Part shown: positions 15,277 to 21,500 of the stretch, piece by piece | Layout of the letters: every line of letters starts with the position of its first letter | Position numbering within the stretch: the first letter of the stretch is position 1 | Origin: Microcoleus sp. K4-B3 | GTDB taxonomy: Bacteria > Cyanobacteriota > Cyanobacteriia > Cyanobacteriales > Microcoleaceae | DNA length: 24,000 nt | NCBI GenBank assembly: GCA_036704615.1 | Contig: JAUBSF010000008.1 | Strand: one strand, 5' to 3' | Made by a program: the position numbers and the translations under genes | Notes under the pieces: generated by a model | What the model was told of the DNA's origin: nothing | The model's database searches: none | Seen by the model: only the letters and a program-made list of their open reading frames with translations

Positions 15277-16179
15277 TCAATTCTGGGCGCGAGTGGGTGC
15301 GGGAGTGGAACTCTCCAAACTGGGGGGGGGTTCTGGCAAATGGACGATCGGCGAAGCAGGATTTTTCAAGTCAATGTAGGCTATTTTGCTTGAATCTAGC
15401 TGTTTTGGCAATTGTCGCATTCGGTCTAAAACCTTAAGTTGCGAAGCAGTCCTGGAAGTATACGGCCCTAAGTGTACGGTACCGATCTCTGTTTTCAAGA
15501 TCAAGTTGTTCGGGTCTTGCCAATTAATCTCAAACACTTTCACCGTCAAGCCGCTGAGTCCTTGGTAAAACTGCGGCCAAGAGGCACGATACTGTTCCAA
15601 AGGTCCGATGACTTTTAAAGTTGGCAAAGAACGCTGAGGCTGCGTTCCCTGAGCGCTGCCGGGCCCGATCGAACTATTCTGCGATCGCACAGCAGTATAG
15701 CTCTCCGACGGCATCCAACCTCCGCGAGCGTCCAGCCACCCCACTTTTTCCTTGTCGCTGTTCGATCTCAACACCGCAGTCGGCTGAGCTACGGCCACCG
15801 GCAGCCGTTCTGCCACTTCTACAGTCAAACTCGGCGGAAACAAGTTACGAGTCACCTTCGCTTTGGCGATCGGCCCCGTTGACTCCAGCTTTTGGGCCAG
15901 CGCCTGCGGTTGAATCCCCCACAGCGACTGCGGGTAAGACAGCGGCACCAAAGACCGCACCGCCTTGTCCGAGAGCCAGTGATTGCCCTCCACCTTCACT
16001 TGTTCCGATCGGGCAATCAACCAAGCCGGCTGCGCAATCCACCAGAGCAAACCCCCTGCCATTGAGCTCGCTGCCAACATTTGCCACACCACAGCCACCA
16101 ATCGACCGCGACGAAGCCGCCGCAACTCTTGGCGCCTGCGCCCTAACTCTGTTTGAGAAACCGCTCCAAAACTAGCCAT
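15277..16179 (-). CDS. ftsQ: Cell division protein FtsQ (POTRA domain)
   Basis: It has an N-terminal basic stretch plus a TM helix (LVAVVWQMLAASSMAGGLLWW). The POTRA-like segment is VKVEGNHWLSDKAVRSLVPL ... VTRNLFPPSLTVEVAERLPVAVA. It lies in the conserved position upstream of ftsZ. Confidence 0.8.
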   Translation of the reverse strand: MASFGAVSQTELGRRRQELRRLRRGRLVAVVWQMLAASSMAGGLLWWIAQPAWLIARSEQVKVEGNHWLSDKAVRSLVPLSYPQSLWGIQPQALAQKLESTGPIAKAKVTRNLFPPSLTVEVAERLPVAVAQPTAVLRSNSDKEKVGWLDARGGWMPSESYTAVRSQNSSIGPGSAQGTQPQRSLPTLKVIGPLEQYRASWPQFYQGLSGLTVKVFEINWQDPNNLILKTEIGTVHLGPYTSRTASQLKVLDRMRQLPKQLDSSKIAYIDLKNPASPIVHLPEPPPSLESSTPAPTRAQN

Positions 16180-16341
16180 CTACCTCTTGAGAATTTAATA
16201 ATTAAGGATTAGCACAAATTCAAAACTTTTTAAGCTCTCTCCTGCAGCCCCGTTCTCCCCTACCATTTAACCAGATCCCCGCAAATTTACCTTGACTCCT
16301 GCCAAGATCGGTAATATCACTGATCTCCCTATGTAATTAAA

Positions 16342-16359
16342 AATTATTAATTAATAATT
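16342..16359. promoter_or_regulatory. 18-bp perfect AT palindrome AATTATTAATTAATAATT in the ftsQ / ATPase divergent spacer
   Basis: Read directly; the sequence is self-complementary over all 18 nt. Its role is unknown. It could be an operator, or it could simply reflect AT-rich promoter DNA. Confidence 0.5.
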
Positions 16360-16516
16360 AACAATTCCAGCGCCGGGAAAGTCGCTTAGCAAACAAAGGT
16401 TCTTTGGGTATTTAGGGCATTACCCCACAGGGCAAAAGGTTACAAATCAAACTAAACTCAAGCAAAGAAAGTTTAGACTTTCGATTAACTTTTTTAACTT
16501 TTAGTCGGCCTCAATT

Positions 16517-17848
16517 GTGATCGCACTCGAATTAGACAGATTCTATAAAGCCTGCAACCCGAGCAAGACCCTTGTTGCGGGAGACCCAGGAGATTATCAA
16601 TACTACATAGATTTTGGTTCCGTGCGCGGCGGCAAAATCATTGAATCTTTACAGCGAACAATTACCCGCATCTCCCCCAACGAGCCAACCTGTCAGCTAT
16701 TTACAGGACATATCGGGTGTGGCAAATCTACGGAATTGTTTCGACTGAAAGCTGAGCTAGAGCAAGAGGGTTTTTGCGTCGTCTACTTCGAGTCTTCCCA
16801 AGACTTAGACATGGGTGATGTAGACATCAGCGATATTTTGCTGAGCATTGCGCGCCAAGTTAGCGAAACTATGGAATTAGCTAAAATCAAACTCAGACCG
16901 AGCTATTTTACAAATCTGTTTGCAGAAGTGGCAGAATTTTTGCAGACTCCCATAGATTTGTCAGCGGAAGCCGAGTTATCTGTAGGCATTGCTAGAGTTA
17001 CTGCTAAAACTAAAGACTCTCCCAAACTGCGATCGCAACTCAGGCAATATCTCGAACCCCGCACCAACAGCATCTTGCAGTCCATCAACGAAGAACTCCT
17101 CAACAGAGCTAACGCCGAACTCAAGCACCAAGGGAAAAAAGGGCTCGCAGTCATCGTTGACAACCTTGACCGCCTCGACGCCTCCCTCAAACCCAGCGGA
17201 CGCACCCAGCCAGAATACCTGTTTTTAGACCGCGGCGAACAGTTAAAAAAACTCAATTGCCATGTCGTCTACACGATTCCCTTGACTTTGATTTTTTCCA
17301 ACGACTTCGGCCGCCTCGCCAGTCGATTTGGAGTCAAGCCCAAGGTGATGCCGATGGTACCGGTGCAAATGCGATCGGGCGACGACCACATTGAAGGAAT
17401 GGCACTGCTGCGGCAGCTAGTATTAGCTAGAGCTTTCCCCGCAGTTGCTCCCCATCAACGCATCGATTTGATTTCCCAGGTCTTTGACTCTCCCGAAACT
17501 TTAGATCGGCTTTGCCGGATTAGCGGCGGTCACGTTCGCAATCTACTGATGCTTTTGTATAGCTGTTTGCAGCACGAAGACCCTCCCTTCTCTCGCGAAT
17601 GTCTCGAAAGCGTCATTCAAGAATATCGCGATGACCTTTTGGGAGCCATCAATGACATGGAATGGGAATTGCTGTTTCAAGTCGTCAACCGACAAAGTGT
17701 AACCGGCGAAGAAGAGTCTCAAATCTTGTTGCGAAGTATGTTTGTCTTTGAATACCGCGATCAAGAAGGTCGCTGGTTTGGCATCAATCCAGCCCTAGCA
17801 GAAACCAGAAAATATAAGGAGTGGCTGCAGCGCATTGAGCCAAAATAG
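16517..17848 (+). CDS. P-loop NTPase (AAA/STAND-like), function unknown
   Basis: 443-aa ORF with a GTG start. Walker A is FTGHIGCGKSTEL and Walker B-like is LAVIVDNLDRLD, followed by an alpha-helical C-terminal half. I did not recognise a specific family. Confidence 0.65.
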   Translation: MIALELDRFYKACNPSKTLVAGDPGDYQYYIDFGSVRGGKIIESLQRTITRISPNEPTCQLFTGHIGCGKSTELFRLKAELEQEGFCVVYFESSQDLDMGDVDISDILLSIARQVSETMELAKIKLRPSYFTNLFAEVAEFLQTPIDLSAEAELSVGIARVTAKTKDSPKLRSQLRQYLEPRTNSILQSINEELLNRANAELKHQGKKGLAVIVDNLDRLDASLKPSGRTQPEYLFLDRGEQLKKLNCHVVYTIPLTLIFSNDFGRLASRFGVKPKVMPMVPVQMRSGDDHIEGMALLRQLVLARAFPAVAPHQRIDLISQVFDSPETLDRLCRISGGHVRNLLMLLYSCLQHEDPPFSRECLESVIQEYRDDLLGAINDMEWELLFQVVNRQSVTGEEESQILLRSMFVFEYRDQEGRWFGINPALAETRKYKEWLQRIEPK

Positions 17849-17963
17849 TTGGAATTTTTGAGATTGCTTCGCGACTCTAAGAACCCTTAGCCACGAGTGA
17901 CTTAGAAACTCTTTAACTTAACATTCACCGCTCAAAACTCCGAACTCCTAAAATCCAATAGAG

Positions 17964-17997
17964 AAATCAGCCAGCGGTTTTTGCCGCTGGCTGATTT
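17964..17997 (+). terminator. Rho-independent-type terminator hairpin after the ATPase gene
   Basis: AAATCAGCCAGCGG (17964-17977) and CCGCTGGCTGATTT (17984-17997) form a 14-bp perfect stem with a 6-nt loop (TTTTTG). The A-run and T-run at the stem base allow function in either direction. Confidence 0.65.
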
Positions 17998-18415
17998 GTG
18001 TTGAATGCTAGCTATATGCCACGAATTTTATTGTCGCGTAAAACTTTGCCGCCACCAAGGACTTGCCCCAGTCTCAACTCTCATATCTGCAATGCCAGAC
18101 CCCCTATTTCTATTTTTACCTGTTGAGCTTATTTCAACTACTCCCATCCCGGAGGACATTTTTCTGCTGTTGTGCTAAATGCCTGCTACAGATAGCTCGG
18201 AGCTGTTTACTAATAGCTAGTCGTCGGTATTATAATAAGTTGAGCGGTTAGCTATTTATAGCCTGCAGTCATTTATCTGTAGCTGAGTAAAAATTTCTTA
18301 GGCGGGCTTAAATTTTTATTGGGAAGTCTCGCATTCTCTGAGATTGAGAGGTATGATATCTTTACATTGGCTCTAATAACTATGTAAGTATTGATAAGAG
18401 AAGTACGGAAAACTA

Positions 18416-18471
18416 CGTATTTATACAGAGATAAAGCGGCTGGCAGAGACGCTTATCTCTGTATAAATACG
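18416..18471. promoter_or_regulatory. Long hairpin (22-23-bp arms, one bulged A) about 60 nt upstream of the giant STAND/WD40 gene
   Basis: CGTATTTATACAGAGATAAAGCG (18416-18438) pairs with CGCTTATCTCTGTATAAATACG (18450-18471). The loop is GCTGGCAGAGA. Confidence 0.8.
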
Positions 18472-18528
18472 CTTTCTGTCACGATTGGCGAGGGTTAGGT
18501 AATTGATTTAGGCAAAAGAGGTGCACGC

Positions 18529-21500
18529 ATGACGGATCTAATTAAGGTACAAGAAACTGCCAACTACAACGAGCGATCGCTCAAAACTCTGGTAAGGTCC
18601 ATCACAATGTCTCAACAGCAATTCTCGCTAATTTTGGTGCGCTGCAACTACCAGCAGTTACGGCAGCAAATAGCGCAGCGGCTGCGAGAAGTGTCCCCAG
18701 TTCCAATTCAAGATTTCGTCCTGCCAGCTTCAGTTAAAACCCTCTACACTACCCTGCTGGCAAGCACTTTTCAGGAGGGGTTTTCCCCTGTCGGTTCCGC
18801 CTCGGCTTTGATGGTATTCGGTTTAGAAACAGTAGTAGCGATCGACGAACTGATGGCCTCTACCAATCAAGTGCGAGACGAATTCCGCAAAAATTTTTCC
18901 TGCCCGGTAATTTTGTGGGTAACAGATGACATCGTGACCAAAATGATTCGTCTGGCCCCGGATTTTAAAAGTTGGGCCGCCGCCACAATTAAATTTGAAA
19001 TGGCCGTTGACGAATTAATTAATTTCCTTGCTGGGCGGGCCGATACTATATTTAAGGTAGGCGAACTCAATCAAGAAATCGGAAGCAGCAACGTCGGCGC
19101 CCTGGCTAGTTTTGGAACCTGGGAAACGCAGTGCGAAAAACGCGCCCTAGAGCGCGAAATTAGTCCCGGAGAACGCTTTCTGACCTTTCACTCTCAACCC
19201 CAAAACGCACGACAATCAGATCTCCGCTCGTATTCGCCCTTGAGTCCGGGCAATACCCTTGATTTGGCAATCGGCTCTTTGCCGCGCCGAGAACTAGAAT
19301 TAGCTTTAAGAGATTTACAAAATCGCGGTGAAGAATTAGAACCCGCCCTCAAAGCCAGCCTGCAATTCGTTCTCGGTCGAGATTACTATGTCAGCGACCA
19401 AACCGAAACTGCCTTAATTCACTACCAAGAAAGTTTAGCCTTTTGGCAGCAGCAAACCGGCAACTGGGAACTCGCAAACTCGGAAGATTCCGAAAACCCA
19501 GAAACCTTCTCTTCCTTGTCGAATCCTGTCCCCAACATTTTATATTTAGAGAGAGAAGGCATAGTGCTGTTTCACATAGCCCTGTGTCATCGGTTGCAAG
19601 CAGCCAGAAATCCGGTAGCCAACCGCCAGCACTGGGAACAAGCTTGGATTAGCCTCGAACAATCTAGAAACGCTTTCTCCCTTGCCTCACGTCCGGAATT
19701 GGTAGCTGAGGTGACAGCACACCTCGGAGAAGTGCTGCAGCGCCTGAAAGCTTGGGGAGAGTTGCAAGCATTAGCTGAAAATTCTTTGCAGTTGCACTTT
19801 ACTTACGGTACTCCCAGCCAACTAGCTCAAGATTACGGCTTTTTAGCTGAAGTTGCCCTGCAACAGTCGAGGTGGAGTCAAGCCCGCCAGCTAGCCGAGT
19901 TGGCTTTGGCAATTTTGGATCAAACCCCTAATGATTTGAGATTGCTGATTGAAGATTTGAGATTGGGGTTTGAGGGAAATTATCCAGAAATTGTGGGCAC
20001 TAACGAGTCAAGTAACGATCCAAAATCTAAAATCCAACATCCCAAATCCGACAGAAGTTCGTATCTTTTACTGCTAGCCCGAAGTTTGCGGCAGCTAAGT
20101 CAGTGGGAAGCCGCGGTTCATTCTTTGGAGTTGGCTCAATCTCAAAGCGAGCCGAAGTACGACCCCCGACTTTACATCGATATTTTGACCGAACTGCAAG
20201 CGGTTTATTTCGAGCAGGGAGAGTATCTTAAAGCGTTTCGGATTAAAAAAACCCAGCGGTCGATCGAATATCAATACGGATTTAGAGCTTTTATCGGAGC
20301 CAGCCAATTGCAACAGCAGCGACAAGCCGTCAATCCTTCGGGTCCATCAGCTCAAAATCAAGCCGCCATCGCAGCGGAAATGACAGCTTACTCGCGCCAA
20401 ACAGATATCAATAGCTTGCTAGAAAGAATTAGCAGGGACGACCATAAATTAACTATTATTCACGGGCCCAGCGGAGTCGGGAAAAGTTCTCTAGTCAATG
20501 CCGGCTTAGTACCAGCTTTGAAAAATATTACTCCGGGCGCGCGCGATACATTGCCCGTAGTAGTCAAAGTTTACACTGACTGGCTGGTGGAGTTAGAAAA
20601 TGCTTTGAACGGCGCATTGTACGACAAACAAGCCGAAGAGGAAAGTAAATTAATCTCCAAAGGAGTACAGGAAATCCACAAAAGAAGTTGCTTGGTTATT
20701 CCTGATCGCAGCTCGGAAGTCTCTTCTTTTATTATAGATAAGTTGCGTGAGAATGCCACCAATAATTTGTTGACTGTTCTGATTTTCGATCAATTTGAAG
20801 AGTTTTTCTTTGTTTCGACCTCTGTGGCACAAAGACAACTTTTTTATAATTTTTTGCGCTTATTTTTGAATTTGCCTTATGTCAAGGTAATTCTCTGCTT
20901 GCGCGAAGATTATTTGCACTACTTATTAGATTGCGATCGCTTCCCAAATCTTGACGCTATTAACAATAATATTCTCGACAAAAGCATCCGCTACCAACTG
21001 CGGAGTTTTTCTATCAAAGACGCGCGGGCTGTCATCGGACACTTAACGGAACGGGCGGAATTTTATTTAGAGCCGGCACTGATCGATGCCTTCGTGGAAG
21101 ATTTAGCAGACGAACTGCAAGAAGTGCGACCGATCGAATTGCAGGTAGTGGGAGCGCAACTACAAGAAGAAGGTATTACCAGTTTAGCACAATACCAGCA
21201 ATTGGGGGACAATCCCAAAGCGGAATTAGTGAAGCGATCGCTCGAAAGAGTCATCTCTGACTGCGGGCCCGTTAACGAAGACGCAGCTTGGAAAATATTG
21301 TTTTCCCTGACAGATGAAAGAGGCGTTCGGCTGATAAAAACCAAACACGAACTCTCGTTAGTTACAAACCAGCAGCCAGCAGATGCCCGCGAAACCGAAT
21401 TATCGGCGATCGGCAGAAACCGAATTTCCCTACAGCGACAGTTCGCAAAAGATCCAGAAAGCCGACAAAAGAAAACCGACAACCTCGACTTAATTTTAGA

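Noticed and set aside
15621-16175. 184-aa plus-strand ORF (and 15845-16087 minus-strand alternative frame) within ftsQ
   Set aside because: They are antisense to ftsQ or out of frame with it. The products are Pro/Ala/Ser-rich low-complexity sequences.
18063-18251. 62-aa ORF in the long spacer before the giant gene
   Set aside because: It has a non-ATG start, a Cys/Leu-rich improbable sequence and no RBS. I treat it as non-coding.
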